Positions 21,966-32,473 are shown, counted from the stretch's first letter. The stretch is 64,000 nucleotides of DNA from Alphaproteobacteria bacterium (GCA_965247665.1 CBDFHH010000002.1:132261-196260), one strand, 5' to 3'. The notes: a model not told the origin generated them from the letters alone. Program-made: numbers and translations.

Positions 21966-22969
21966 CCGGAGCAGGCGCCAACGCGCCGGTCGCCGTGACG
22001 ATGGGCGAGCCGGCGGGGATCGGCGGTGAGATCACCTTGAAGGCATGGCAAGGTCGCCGTCACCTGCCAAGTTTCTTTACGATAGACGATCCGGACCGAT
22101 TGCGGAGCCTCGCCGAAAACCTCGCCATTGAGATTCCGGTCGTTGGGATCGATTCACCGCGCGAGGCCAACGCGTGCTTCGAGTCGGCCCTGCCGGTCCT
22201 GCCACTGGTGCTGAAGCACGGAGTGGTGCCGGGTTCACCTGATCGCGCTAACGGGATCGCCGTGATTGAATCGATCGATCGCGCGGTCGAGCTCGCATGC
22301 AGCGGCGCGGCGTCGGCAATGGTGACCAACCCAATCCACAAAGCCGTGCTTTGCGCAACCGGTTTTCGCCACGTCGGGCATACCGGATATCTCGGTGAGA
22401 AGGCCGGCATCGAGGATCCGGTTATGTTGCTTTGTTCGCCCCTGCTTAAGGTCGTACCGGTGTCGGTGCACCAACCGCTGATCGAGGCAATCGCCACGCT
22501 GACCGTGGAGAAGATAAGTCATGCGGCGCGGCAAACCGCGGCCGCCCTGCGTCAGGATTTCGGGATCGCCGACCCCCGCCTCGCTATCGCCGGGCTCAAT
22601 CCACATGCCGGCGAATATGGTGTAATCGGCAGTGAAGAGCGCGACGTGATCGCACCCGCCGTCGACGCTCTGTCGCAGGAAGGTATCAGCGTATTTGGGC
22701 CATGCCCTGCCGACACGATGTTCCATGAGGCGGCGCGTGCGAACTACGACGCCGCGATCTGCATGTATCACGATCAAGCATTGATTCCGCTCAAGACACT
22801 CGGCTTTGATGACGGCGTCAACGTCACGCTCGGCCTCCCATTTGTCCGCACTTCCCCCGATCACGGTACCGCGCTCGACATCGCCGGCACCGGACTAGCT
22901 CGCGAAGCCAGCCTGATCGCCGCGATCAAGCTGGCGGCGAAGATAGCCGCGCGACGCCAGTTGCCGTAA
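21962..22969 (+). CDS. pdxA: 4-hydroxythreonine-4-phosphate dehydrogenase
   Basis: MGEPAGIG, GLNPHAGE, MYHDQ, RTSPDHGTA. Confidence 0.96.
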   Translation: MTGAGANAPVAVTMGEPAGIGGEITLKAWQGRRHLPSFFTIDDPDRLRSLAENLAIEIPVVGIDSPREANACFESALPVLPLVLKHGVVPGSPDRANGIAVIESIDRAVELACSGAASAMVTNPIHKAVLCATGFRHVGHTGYLGEKAGIEDPVMLLCSPLLKVVPVSVHQPLIEAIATLTVEKISHAARQTAAALRQDFGIADPRLAIAGLNPHAGEYGVIGSEERDVIAPAVDALSQEGISVFGPCPADTMFHEAARANYDAAICMYHDQALIPLKTLGFDDGVNVTLGLPFVRTSPDHGTALDIAGTGLAREASLIAAIKLAAKIAARRQLP

Positions 22970-22977
22970 TTGCCGTC

Positions 22978-23823
22978 TTGGCCGCCGCTGCCGACCGTTT
23001 CGAACCGCTCCGGGAGGTCATAGCTCGGCACGGCATTCGCGCCGCCAAATCGCTGGGCCAGCACTTCCTGCTCGATCGCAACCTGATCCGCCGCATCGTC
23101 CGTGCGGCGGGTCCGCTCAATCAAACCCGCGTACTCGAAATTGGTGCCGGGCCCGGTGGTCTGACGCGCGAGTTGCTGGCGGAAGGTGCGGTCGAGGTCG
23201 TCGCGGTCGAGCGCGATCCGCGCTGCATCGCGGCGCTGAATGACCTTGCCCGCGACTTTCCCGGCCGCTTGCGTGTCGTTCCCGGCGATGCTCTTGAAGT
23301 CGACGAAGCCAGCCTCGTGTCCGGCCCGGTCAAGATCGTCGCGAACCTCCCCTACAACATCGCGACGGAGCTGTTTTTTAAGTGGCAGGCGCGGTCAACA
23401 TGTTTCGACAACCTTACCCTGATGTTTCAGAAGGAGGTTGCCGAACGCTTTGCCGCCGCGCCCTGCACCAAGGCCTACGGCCGTCTCGCGGTCATGGCGC
23501 AATGGCGCTATCGGGTCCGCCGGTTGTTCGACGTTCCGGCGACAGCCTTCGTACCGCCGCCCAAGGTAACTTCAACTGTCATTCAGTTTATCCCGCTCGT
23601 CGAACCTATCGCTTCGGCCGAGCCGGACTCGATGCAACGTGTCGTCGCTGCGGCCTTCGGCCAAAGGCGCAAGATGCTGCGCGGGGCGTTGCGCGGTCTT
23701 CCTTGCGATACCGGCGCGCTACTCGCCGCCGCGGGCGTCGCCGAAGACGCACGCGCCGAGGAGCTCGGTATCGCCGAATTCTGTGCCCTGGCTCGAAGCT
23801 TCGATCGCCTTACCCGCGGCTAA
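22978..23823 (+). CDS. rsmA: 16S rRNA m6(2)A1518/1519 dimethyltransferase
   Basis: KSLGQHFL, EIGAGPGGLT, ANLPYNI, FGQRRKML. Confidence 0.96.
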   Translation: MAAAADRFEPLREVIARHGIRAAKSLGQHFLLDRNLIRRIVRAAGPLNQTRVLEIGAGPGGLTRELLAEGAVEVVAVERDPRCIAALNDLARDFPGRLRVVPGDALEVDEASLVSGPVKIVANLPYNIATELFFKWQARSTCFDNLTLMFQKEVAERFAAAPCTKAYGRLAVMAQWRYRVRRLFDVPATAFVPPPKVTSTVIQFIPLVEPIASAEPDSMQRVVAAAFGQRRKMLRGALRGLPCDTGALLAAAGVAEDARAEELGIAEFCALARSFDRLTRG

Positions 23824-24455
23824 AACTGCTCGCTGATGCGTCGCACAAAGTCACCGGTACCCGTGAGACGCGCGCGGCGATGCCGCTCGGCCGTAAGAAT
23901 CGCCTGCGCGCTGGCCACACTTGCCTCGATCGCATCATTCAGAATGAGATAGTCGTATTCGGCCCAGTGACTCATCTCGTGAGCTGCCTTCTCCATGCGT
24001 CGACGAACGACATACTCCGAGTCCTGAGCGCGGGCGCGCAAACGCCGTTCGAGTTCCTCCGTCGTAGGCGGAAGAATGAATATGCTGACCAGATCCTGCC
24101 GCGCTCGCTCGGCGAGTTGCTGCGTCCCCTGCCAGTCGACGTCGAACAGCACGTCGCGACCGCTCGCGAGCGCATCTTCAACCGGCCCGCGCGGCGTGCC
24201 GTAGCGGTGGCCAAACACTTCGGCGTATTCGAGAAATTCGTCGCGCGCGCACATTGCGTCGAACTCGCCGTTGCTGACGAAGATGTAATCGCGACCGCCT
24301 GCTTCGGCAGGTCGCGGCGGACGCGTGGTTGCCGAGACCGACATCGTCAAGTTGTCGTCTTCGTCGAGCAGCCGCCGCGAGATCGTGGTCTTGCCCGCGC
24401 CAGACGGTGAAGAGAGAACCAGCATCAGGCCGCGTCGCGCCAACCGACTTGTCAT
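23820..24455 (-). CDS. gmk: Guanylate kinase
   Basis: SSPSGAGKTT, SVSATTRPPR, YGTP, DVDWQG. Confidence 0.96.
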   Translation of the reverse strand: MTSRLARRGLMLVLSSPSGAGKTTISRRLLDEDDNLTMSVSATTRPPRPAEAGGRDYIFVSNGEFDAMCARDEFLEYAEVFGHRYGTPRGPVEDALASGRDVLFDVDWQGTQQLAERARQDLVSIFILPPTTEELERRLRARAQDSEYVVRRRMEKAAHEMSHWAEYDYLILNDAIEASVASAQAILTAERHRRARLTGTGDFVRRISEQF

Positions 24456-24466
24456 CGCTCGCCGGT

Positions 24467-25354
24467 CTACTCGATATTTTGCACCTGCTCGCGCAGGCGG
24501 TCGATCACGGTCTTGAGGTCTAGACCAATCCGCGAAAGCTCCTTGTCGGAAGACTTCGAGCACACAGTATTGGCTTCTCGGTTCAGCTCCTGCGTGAGAA
24601 AATCGAGCCGGCGCCCGACCGCTCCGTTCGAGTCGACCAGCGCCCTCGCTTGCGCCAAGTGAGCGGCGATCCGGTCGAGTTCTTCGCGCACATCGTACCT
24701 TACCAGCAATAGTGCGACCTCGTGCGCGAGGCGATCATCCGCCACGACCGGCGCCGCATCGGTGAGCTCCCTTATTTGTTGAGCCAAGCGTGTCTTCAAC
24801 ATTTCGGGCTGCACCGAAGCCAGTCGTTCCGCCTCCGCCACCAACGTTTCGACCTGGGCAAGCTGGTCGCGCACGACCGCCTCAAGATGCGATCCCTCTT
24901 GCCGACGAGCAGTGGCCAGTTCGTCGGCAGCCTTATTGAAAGAGGCGAGAATCGCGGCCTCACGGATTTGCCGCTGCGCCTCGGTCTGCTCGGGTTCCAC
25001 GAGTTCGACGACCCCGCGCACCGACAGCAGCGCTTCCATCCGCGGCGGTTCCGCGCCGGTCTCCGCGGCGGACAACCGAGCCATCTCGAGCAACGATTCC
25101 AAAAACTCCCTGTTCACGGAAGGTTGCACCGCACCTTCGGGCCGCGACAGGGTGAGCGACACGGAAACATTACCGCGAGTCATTCGGTCGGACAGTACGT
25201 TTCGAATCGATTTCTCGAACGAGTCCATGCCCGGCGGGAGCCGGCAGCGGACGTCGAGACCGCGCCCGTTCACGCTCTTGGCCTCCCATGTCCAGGCGCT
25301 GCCATCGGCCTCGCCGTCGGCGCGGGCGTAGCCGGTCATACTGGAAAGCGACAC
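24467..25354 (-). CDS. yicC: YicC family endoribonuclease
   Basis: SMTGYAR, KSVNGRGL, EELDR, GRRLDFLTQELNREANT, REQVQNIE. Confidence 0.94.
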   Translation of the reverse strand: MSLSSMTGYARADGEADGSAWTWEAKSVNGRGLDVRCRLPPGMDSFEKSIRNVLSDRMTRGNVSVSLTLSRPEGAVQPSVNREFLESLLEMARLSAAETGAEPPRMEALLSVRGVVELVEPEQTEAQRQIREAAILASFNKAADELATARRQEGSHLEAVVRDQLAQVETLVAEAERLASVQPEMLKTRLAQQIRELTDAAPVVADDRLAHEVALLLVRYDVREELDRIAAHLAQARALVDSNGAVGRRLDFLTQELNREANTVCSKSSDKELSRIGLDLKTVIDRLREQVQNIE

Positions 25355-25423
25355 GATGTTTTTTGAGATGAAATCAACAGGCGGCAGCGCAGAGTTCACG
25401 AGTCTAGCCGCCGGTCAGCAGAC

Positions 25424-25439
25424 GAACAATATTTAGTGT
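25424..25439. promoter_or_regulatory. NrdR-box-like site upstream of yicC-gmk
   Basis: GAACAATATTTAGTGT vs consensus acaCwAtATaTwGtgt; all six core positions match; single copy. Confidence 0.4.
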
Positions 25440-25537
25440 CGTCGTGTTGGCGGATTACGTTCGCCGCGCCCCGTGTTTGTTCTCATGCCGGTACTGTGGG
25501 TTGGCGCTCGCGGCTTCGCAAAAAGGAAGGGGTTGCA

Positions 25538-26247
25538 ATAGAAGATCGCCAAGTTACTCACCATCGCTCTGACCATGGCCGTCCCCTGGTTGGCCGCAAG
25601 CCTGCATCCCGCTGCGGCGCAGAGCGCGAAACGTTCGATCTCGCTGATCGCAGGTGACGTCGGTCGGTTTCAGAACAACTTCCATTATTCGGTCATCATG
25701 GTCACGCCGGAGGGGGATCCTTCGCCGACAAGGCGACGGTCGTCGCCCAGGAGAAAGCCAAGCGCCACATCATCGGGGAGAGACGCCCCACCGCAGTGCC
25801 CGACATCACCTTCCGAGACCAGCTCGATCTGACGCTGGGCGGCAGGTCCGTTGAATTGCACCATCTCGGTCTCGGCCATAGCGACAATATGATCGTCAGC
25901 CGGTTTCCGGCCGAGCGAATCCGATTCGTAGTCGATGTCGCGCCGCCTGGAACAGTGGCCTTTCATGATTTCCTGGCGGTTACATCGAACATTGGAGCGA
26001 GTCTCGCGCAGATCGAAACGATGGATTTCGATATTCTCGCGCCGGGCCACGGCCGCCTCGGTACCAAAGACGACCTCACTGCGTGGGGAGGTCCTCACGC
26101 ATGGGCGTGGGGGCAGGAACCTCGAGAAGATCACGCAGCTTGTAACGATGCCTAACTGCAAGTCATGGGGCCAATACGATGCGTGGTTCAAACTTGACGT
26201 GGCCAGAATGTACCGGCACCTGCAACTCTATCGCCGCGGCAACTGGA
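25538..26247 (+). pseudogene. Metallo-beta-lactamase-fold hydrolase pseudogene (exported)
   Basis: Fragments in three frames: signal peptide..FQNNFHYSVIMVTPEG / FADKATVVAQE..PDITFRDQLDLTLGGRSVEL..GHSD..APGHG / MPNCKSWGQYDAW; HxHxDH segment missing; start reads ATAG. Confidence 0.75.
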
Positions 26248-26258
26248 CGGGCAGCCGG

Positions 26259-27245
26259 CTACTGCTGACGGGATCGCTGGAGGCGTCGCAGTTTGGCCAC
26301 GTTGCGCAGATGTTCGCGCAGGGTTCCGGCGAAGGCGTGCCCGCCGCTGCCGTCGGCCACGAAGTAAAGGTCTTTGGTCGCCAGGGGCATCATTACCGCC
26401 TGGATCGCGGCACGCCCCGGGTTGGCAATCGGTGTCGGCGGCAGGCCCTTGACCCGATAGGTGTTATAGGGGCTGTCGATTTCGAGGTCCGCGCGGGTGA
26501 GCGCCCGTTTCAGCGGGCCGCGTCCGCCGCTTAGGGCGTAGATGACCGTGGGATCCGACTGCAGCCGCATATTTCGGCGCAGGCGGTTGACGAAAACCCC
26601 GGCGATACGCGCGCGTTCCGCCGGCGCGCCGGTTTCCTTCTCGACGATGGAGGCCAGCACCAGGGCCTCTTCCGGAATCGAGTAAGGGAGGTCGCCCTCC
26701 CGGCGGCGCCACATATTCGCGAGAACCTCGCGCATGGCGCTGCGCATCCTTGCGAGCATTTCGACGCGGCTGTCCCCGTAGGAGAAGTGGTAGGTTTCGG
26801 GCAACAGCGTGCCCTCGTCCGGAATCGCGGCGAATGTACCGACGAGCCCATGGGTTCCCTGCAACAGCGCGACCACCTCCGCCGAGGTCAACCCCTCGGG
26901 AATCGTGACCCGGCGGACCACGGTGCGGCCCGCCACCAGCAGCTCGACGACCTGCTCGGGGCTGATCGCGGCGGAGAACTCGTACTCGCCGGCCCTGAGG
27001 TCGCGGCTGCGGCCCAAGACACGGACGCCGATACCGAACAAAACGGGCCGGTCGATCACCCCGGCGGCGCGTAGGCGCCGGGCAATCTCGTTCACGCCGA
27101 TCCCGGTCGGCAACACCAGCGTCGTTTTGTCGCGAAGCGGGCCGGGCGCGGAAAAGCGATCGATACCCCATCCGATCGCCGCGGCGGCCGAAACGACGAG
27201 TAGAACTACTAAGAGAAGGCTCGAGCGAACGACGTCGCGTCGCAT
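26259..27245 (-). CDS. mltG: Endolytic transglycosylase MltG
   Basis: LRAGEY, TIPEG, EGTLLPETY, LASIVEKET, LQSDPT, SPYNTY, GLPPTPIANPG. Confidence 0.96.
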   Translation of the reverse strand: MRRDVVRSSLLLVVLLVVSAAAAIGWGIDRFSAPGPLRDKTTLVLPTGIGVNEIARRLRAAGVIDRPVLFGIGVRVLGRSRDLRAGEYEFSAAISPEQVVELLVAGRTVVRRVTIPEGLTSAEVVALLQGTHGLVGTFAAIPDEGTLLPETYHFSYGDSRVEMLARMRSAMREVLANMWRRREGDLPYSIPEEALVLASIVEKETGAPAERARIAGVFVNRLRRNMRLQSDPTVIYALSGGRGPLKRALTRADLEIDSPYNTYRVKGLPPTPIANPGRAAIQAVMMPLATKDLYFVADGSGGHAFAGTLREHLRNVAKLRRLQRSRQQ

Positions 27246-27262
27246 GGCGGGCGGAAAGTTCC

Positions 27263-28522
27263 CTAAGGCGCCTGCGTGAATACGAGCGAAGCGTTGGTGC
27301 CGCCGAACCCAAACGAGTTCGAGAGGACGGCACGAATCGGACGTTCTCGGGGCTGATGTGGCGTCAGATCGAGATCACAACCCTCGGACGGATTGTCGAG
27401 GTTGAGCGTTGGAGGCGCCACACCGTTGACGATCGCCAGGATCGCGAAGATCGCTTCGACGCTGCCAGCCGCGCCCAACAGATGCCCGATCGCCGATTTC
27501 GTCGACGACACGGAGACCGAATAGGCGGCATCACCAAACAGGCGCTTGATCGAGCCGATCTCGATTTCATCGCCGAGCGGCGTCGACGTGCCGTGGGCGT
27601 TAACATAGTCGATGTCCTCGGGGTTTAGCTCGGCTCGCCGCAGCGCTGCCTGCATCGCCCGAAATCCGCCCTCGCCATCCGCCGCCGGCGCCGACACGTG
27701 ATGGGCATCGCCGGACAAACCATAGCCGCTTACCTCGGCGTAGATGTGCGCGCCCCTCGCCTTGGCATGTTCGTGTTCCTCGAGCACAACGACCCCGGCG
27801 CCCTCACCCATCACGAAACCATCGCGGTCCCGGTCCCACGGACGCGACGCCTTCTCGGGCGTGTCATTGAAATTCGTCGACAACGCCCGCATCGCTGCAA
27901 ACCCGGCAATACCGAGACGGCAGACCGCGGCCTCCGCGCCGCCGGCGACCATAACGTCGGCATCATCGAGCATGATCAAGCGGGCGGCATCGCCAATGGC
28001 GTGCGCGCCGGTCGCGCACGCGGTCACGACGGAATGGTTGGGACCGCGTAGATTGTTGCGGATCGAAACGTGACCCGACATCAGATTGATGAGCGCGGAG
28101 GGAATGAAGAACGGGCTTAATCGCCGTGGCCCGCGCTCCTTGACCACGATCGAGGCATTCTCAATCGCCTGGAGACCACCGATACCCGATCCCAGGAGAA
28201 CGCCGCTGCGGATCTGATCGTTGTCGGTCTGCGTCACCCACCCCGAGTCGCGAAGCGCCTGTTCGGCCGCGGCAATGCCATAAATAATGAATTGGTCGAC
28301 CTTGCGCTGTTCCTTGGGCTCGAGCCAATCGTCGGGGTTGAATGCGGCGCGCTGGTTGCCGGTCGGCACCTGGCAGGCAACTTTGGCCGACAGGTCGGAT
28401 ACGTCGAAGCTGTCGATCGCCTGAGCGCCCGACTCGCTTGCCAACAAACGCTCCCAGGTCACCTCGACGTTGTCGCCGAGCGGGGTGACCGCGCCGAGAC
28501 CGGTGACGACAACCCGTCTCAT
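27263..28522 (-). CDS. fabF: Beta-ketoacyl-ACP synthase II
   Basis: RRVVVTGLG, TACATG, NAHGTST, GHLLGAAG, SNSFGFGG. Confidence 0.97.
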   Translation of the reverse strand: MRRVVVTGLGAVTPLGDNVEVTWERLLASESGAQAIDSFDVSDLSAKVACQVPTGNQRAAFNPDDWLEPKEQRKVDQFIIYGIAAAEQALRDSGWVTQTDNDQIRSGVLLGSGIGGLQAIENASIVVKERGPRRLSPFFIPSALINLMSGHVSIRNNLRGPNHSVVTACATGAHAIGDAARLIMLDDADVMVAGGAEAAVCRLGIAGFAAMRALSTNFNDTPEKASRPWDRDRDGFVMGEGAGVVVLEEHEHAKARGAHIYAEVSGYGLSGDAHHVSAPAADGEGGFRAMQAALRRAELNPEDIDYVNAHGTSTPLGDEIEIGSIKRLFGDAAYSVSVSSTKSAIGHLLGAAGSVEAIFAILAIVNGVAPPTLNLDNPSEGCDLDLTPHQPRERPIRAVLSNSFGFGGTNASLVFTQAP

Positions 28523-28573
28523 TGAATGGGCAATCCCGAGAGCCCTCGGGATGGCGCGAGGGGAAACACGTCG

Positions 28574-28813
28574 CTAGCCGGCCCCTTGCTCGTCAATATA
28601 GGTGATTGCGTCCTTGACGGTGAGGATCTTCTCCGCGGCGTCGTCGGGGATCTCGCACCCGAACTCTTCTTCAAACGCCATGACCAGCTCGACCGTGTCC
28701 AAGCTATCGGCGCCGAGATCGTCGATAAAGCTTGCGTTTTCAGTAACCTTGTCTTCATCGACACCCAGGTGCTCGACAACAATCTTTTTCACGCGATCGG
28801 CTACGTCGCTCAT
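28574..28813 (-). CDS. acpP: Acyl carrier protein
   Basis: [14 protein letters not shown]. Confidence 0.97.
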   Translation of the reverse strand: MSDVADRVKKIVVEHLGVDEDKVTENASFIDDLGADSLDTVELVMAFEEEFGCEIPDDAAEKILTVKDAITYIDEQGAG

Positions 28814-28973
28814 TCGTGTATCCTCGACAATCCGTTGTCCCGAAAAGTAACAGCCAGCCCTGTTCGATTAAGAATAAGAGGCTTTGGCCCGCTGTGTTAC
28901 GGCGGTTGGTAACACACTTTCGCAGGCAACACTAGAATGCGATTTGGGGCTATTCGCAACCTAAAAGATGGCT

Positions 28974-29711
28974 TTAAACCATCACCATTCCGCCGTTTAC
29001 GTGGATCGTCTGGCCGGTGATATACGCCGCCTGATCGCTCGCCAGAAACGCCACGCATGCGGCGACGTCGTCGCCGCTGCCCAGCCGCTCGGCTGGAATC
29101 GAAGCCACTATTCGCGTTTTTTGATCCTCGTTCAGCGCCTGTGTCATCGCGGTGTCGATGAAACCCGGCGCCACGCAATTGACGGTCACCCCGCGACGGG
29201 CGATCTCCTGGGCGAGTGATTTCGACATACCGATAATACCCGCCTTAGCGGCGGCGTAGTTGGCCTGACCCGGATTGCCCGTCACGCCGACCACCGAGGT
29301 CACGTTGACAATCCGCCCGAACCGCTGCTTCGTCATGCCCCGCAGGGCGCTCCGCGATAGTCGAAAGTAGACATCGAGATCGATGCGCAGGACCTCGGAC
29401 CACTCCTCATCCTTCATCCGCAGGGCAAGGTTGTCACGCGTGATCCCGGCATTGTTAACCAGGATGTCCAATCCGCCGAGCGCGTCGCTCGCTTTCTCGA
29501 CCAGGCCATTGACCGCGTTCGTGTCGGCGAGATCGGCCGGGAGTACGACAGTGCCGCGGCCTACCGATCGCGCCAGTTTCTCCAGAACCTGCTCGCGGGT
29601 CCCGCTGATCGCGACCTGCGCTCCCTGGGCACTGAGCGCGCGCGTGATCGCGCTGCCGATACCGCCCGAGGCGCCGGTCACCAATGCGCGCCGATCACTG
29701 AGCTCGAACAT
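28974..29711 (-). CDS. fabG: 3-oxoacyl-ACP reductase
   Basis: TGASGGIG, NNAGITRD, GQANYAAAK, PGFIDT. Confidence 0.95.
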   Translation of the reverse strand: MFELSDRRALVTGASGGIGSAITRALSAQGAQVAISGTREQVLEKLARSVGRGTVVLPADLADTNAVNGLVEKASDALGGLDILVNNAGITRDNLALRMKDEEWSEVLRIDLDVYFRLSRSALRGMTKQRFGRIVNVTSVVGVTGNPGQANYAAAKAGIIGMSKSLAQEIARRGVTVNCVAPGFIDTAMTQALNEDQKTRIVASIPAERLGSGDDVAACVAFLASDQAAYITGQTIHVNGGMVMV

Positions 29712-29725
29712 CTCTGGCCCCGCTG

Positions 29726-30673
29726 TCAGAGGTGCTTCAACAATATGTCGATTTCGTCCGGTGTATGCGCTGACGCGGTCGCGATATCGCGATCTATGCG
29801 GCGCACCAGTCCGGACAACACGCGCCCGGCACCGAGTTCGACGATCGAATCAACGCCGAACTCGCGCATGGCGAGCACGCTCTCGCGCCAGCGCACCATC
29901 GCCGTCACCTGTTCCACCAGCAGGTCCTTGATATCATCCGCCTCGCTGACCGGCGCCGCCGTGACGTTCGCGACGAGCGGTACGGTCGGGGGGTTCAATG
30001 CCGACGCGGTCAGGGCGTCGCGCATCTCCTCCGCCGCCGGCGCCATCAGTGGGCAATGGAACGGTGCGCTAACCGCCAATTCGATACTTCGCTTGGCGCC
30101 GCGATCTCCACACAACGCGATCGCCCGGGCAATAGCTCCGCTGTGGCCGCTAATAACGATCTGACCCGGTGCGTTGTCATTGGCGAGAGCGCAAACCTCT
30201 TCGTCGCCGGCCGCGAGCTCGGCGATTTCGGCGATGTCCTCCAACTCGAGGCCAAGCACCGCCGCCATGGCGCCTTCGCCGACGGGGACGGCACGTTGCA
30301 TGGCCTGTCCGCGCCGCTTCAGCAGTCGGGCCGTATCGGCGAGCGCGAACGTCCCGGCTGCCGTCAGCGCCGAATACTCGCCGAGAGAATGGCCGGCGAC
30401 GAATGCAACCTTGGCGCCGGTATCAAGCCCGCCTTCCCTTTCCAGCGTTCGCAGCACGGCGAGGCTGGCCGCCATCAGCGCCGGTTGCGCGTTTTCCGTG
30501 AGAACGAATTCGTCTTCCGGCCCTTCGAACATCAGCCGCGACAGGTTTTGCTCGAGGGCTTCATCGACCTCTTCGAGGACCTCGCGCGCAGCTATTGAGG
30601 CTTCGCACAGTTCTTTGGCCATGCCCACCGCTTGTGAGCCCTGCCCCGGAAATACAAATGCGTGTATTGCCAT
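29726..30673 (-). CDS. fabD: Malonyl-CoA-ACP transacylase
   Basis: FPGQGSQ, GHSLGEY, VSAPFH. Confidence 0.96.
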   Translation of the reverse strand: MAIHAFVFPGQGSQAVGMAKELCEASIAAREVLEEVDEALEQNLSRLMFEGPEDEFVLTENAQPALMAASLAVLRTLEREGGLDTGAKVAFVAGHSLGEYSALTAAGTFALADTARLLKRRGQAMQRAVPVGEGAMAAVLGLELEDIAEIAELAAGDEEVCALANDNAPGQIVISGHSGAIARAIALCGDRGAKRSIELAVSAPFHCPLMAPAAEEMRDALTASALNPPTVPLVANVTAAPVSEADDIKDLLVEQVTAMVRWRESVLAMREFGVDSIVELGAGRVLSGLVRRIDRDIATASAHTPDEIDILLKHL

Positions 30674-30886
30674 CGATCCCGCCGACCGAAACCTGTCGAC
30701 CAAGACCTAACACCGACCACATCCCGACACAAAGCTTTCGACAGCGGCCGCGCTCGGGACAAGTGGCTGCGGTGTTGCCTGGCTCTCGGTTTGATGTATA
30801 GTCCGCGCCGCACGCGTGCGTACCGCATGTTGTCGGCGCAGGCGCCGCGATCTTCATCAGCGTGAGATCAGTAGGAGACGCGCTTA

Positions 30887-31366
30887 ATGCCGCTGTATGA
30901 GAGTGTATTCATTGTTCGCCAGGACGTGTCCGCTCAGCACGTCGAAGGCCTCGCCGAACGTTACGCCGAAATGATCAAAGAAAATGGCGGCGAAGTCGCA
31001 AAGACCGAATATTGGGGGCTGAAGAACCTCGCCTATCGCGTCAAGAAGAACCGTAAAGGTCACTACATGATGTTCAACATCGACGGACCCTCTGCGGCCG
31101 TCGAGGAGTTCGAACGCAATATGCGGCTAAGCGAGGATGTTCTGAGGTATATGACCATCCGGGTCGACGCCTTCGAGGAAGGCCCTTCGGCGATAATGCG
31201 CAACAAGGCAACCCGCGACGAAGGTCGCCGCGAAGACCGCTACCGCGACCGCGATCGCGATCGCGGTAGCGGTCGCGGGCCCGCGGGCGACCCAGCGAAC
31301 AGCCGGCGCGCCGACGATAAAGAAACCGCGACCGCGAAGAGCGATAACCAGGAGACCGAATCATGA
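30887..31366 (+). CDS. rpsF: 30S ribosomal protein S6
   Basis: [24 protein letters not shown]; charged C-terminal tail. Confidence 0.96.
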   Translation: MPLYESVFIVRQDVSAQHVEGLAERYAEMIKENGGEVAKTEYWGLKNLAYRVKKNRKGHYMMFNIDGPSAAVEEFERNMRLSEDVLRYMTIRVDAFEEGPSAIMRNKATRDEGRREDRYRDRDRDRGSGRGPAGDPANSRRADDKETATAKSDNQETES

Positions 31367-31620
31367 GCGATCGACGTGGCGGCGGGCGGGCGTCGCGGCG
31401 GCCGTTTTTTCGCCGTCGAAAGAGTTGCCCTTTCTCCGGAGCCAACGCTCCGAAAATCGACTACAAAGACGTAAAACTGTTGCAGCGCTTCGTATCCGAG
31501 CGGGGCAAGATCGTACCCAGTCGCATCACCGCGGTATCGGCCAAGAAACAGCGCGAGTTGGCGCGGGCCATCAAGCGCGCGCGCAATCTGGCGCTCATTC
31601 CCTTCATCGTTCAGCGCTGA
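31363..31620 (+). CDS. rpsR: 30S ribosomal protein S18
   Basis: [24 protein letters not shown]. Confidence 0.97.
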   Translation: MSDRRGGGRASRRPFFRRRKSCPFSGANAPKIDYKDVKLLQRFVSERGKIVPSRITAVSAKKQRELARAIKRARNLALIPFIVQR

Positions 31621-31640
31621 AGCGGACAGGGTCTATCGCC

Positions 31641-32339
31641 ATGGACGTCATACTCCTGGAGCGCGTCGAAAAGCTGGGTCAAATGGGCGACGTTGTTTCC
31701 GTAAAGAACGGGTTCGCTCGCAATTACCTGCTGCCAGGGCGCAAAGCCCTGCGGGCGACCAAGGAAAATATCACCGGCTTCAAAAACCAGCGCTCCCAAT
31801 ACGAGGCTCAGAACCTCGAACGGCGTAAGGAGGCCGACGCGGTCGCCGCCAAGCTTGACGGTCTCGATCTCATGATCATCCGTCAGGCCAGCGAAAGCGG
31901 TCAGCTCTACGGCTCGGTTGCGGCGCGCGACGTGTCCCATGGCGTTACTGAAGGCGGTTTCACGATCGACCGTCAGCAGGTGGAAATGCCGGGTCCGATC
32001 AAGACCCTGGGCATTCACGACGTTCGGATCGCGCTGCATCCCGAGGTCACCGTCACGGTGCGGATCAACGTCGCTCGCTCGCAGGAAGAAGCCGAAGCGC
32101 AAGCCGTTGGGCCCGCGGCCGAGCTATCCGCAGCGGCGGCCCAGGAGAGCGAGGCCGAAACCCGGCTTGAGGAGATTTTCGAGGACGGGGAACTGACAGT
32201 CAAAGCTACCGCCGATGCGCAATCGACCGACGCCGACGAGGGATCGACAGAACTTACCGACGCCACTCGCGGCGAAGAGGAAACGGATAGCGGCGGCGGC
32301 GAAGCAGCTTCTGCCGAAGACCCGACCAAGCGGGATTAA
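31641..32339 (+). CDS. rplI: 50S ribosomal protein L9
   Basis: [24 protein letters not shown]; acidic tail. Confidence 0.96.
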   Translation: MDVILLERVEKLGQMGDVVSVKNGFARNYLLPGRKALRATKENITGFKNQRSQYEAQNLERRKEADAVAAKLDGLDLMIIRQASESGQLYGSVAARDVSHGVTEGGFTIDRQQVEMPGPIKTLGIHDVRIALHPEVTVTVRINVARSQEEAEAQAVGPAAELSAAAAQESEAETRLEEIFEDGELTVKATADAQSTDADEGSTELTDATRGEEETDSGGGEAASAEDPTKRD

Positions 32340-32473
32340 ACCCTTCCGTCGACCACGGTTGCTTTGCGGCCACGATCGCTTTTTATTAACCTACGCCAAC
32401 CTCGATTGTGCTCGAGGGACACCTCGGACGGGTGTACAAGCTCGGCCGAGCGTCGCAGACCGTAGGAGAAAAC

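Noticed and set aside
31220-31275. RD-repeat tail of S6 (also the acidic L9 tail and Ala-rich NrdJ linker)
   Set aside because: Low-complexity extensions are common in alphaproteobacterial orthologs
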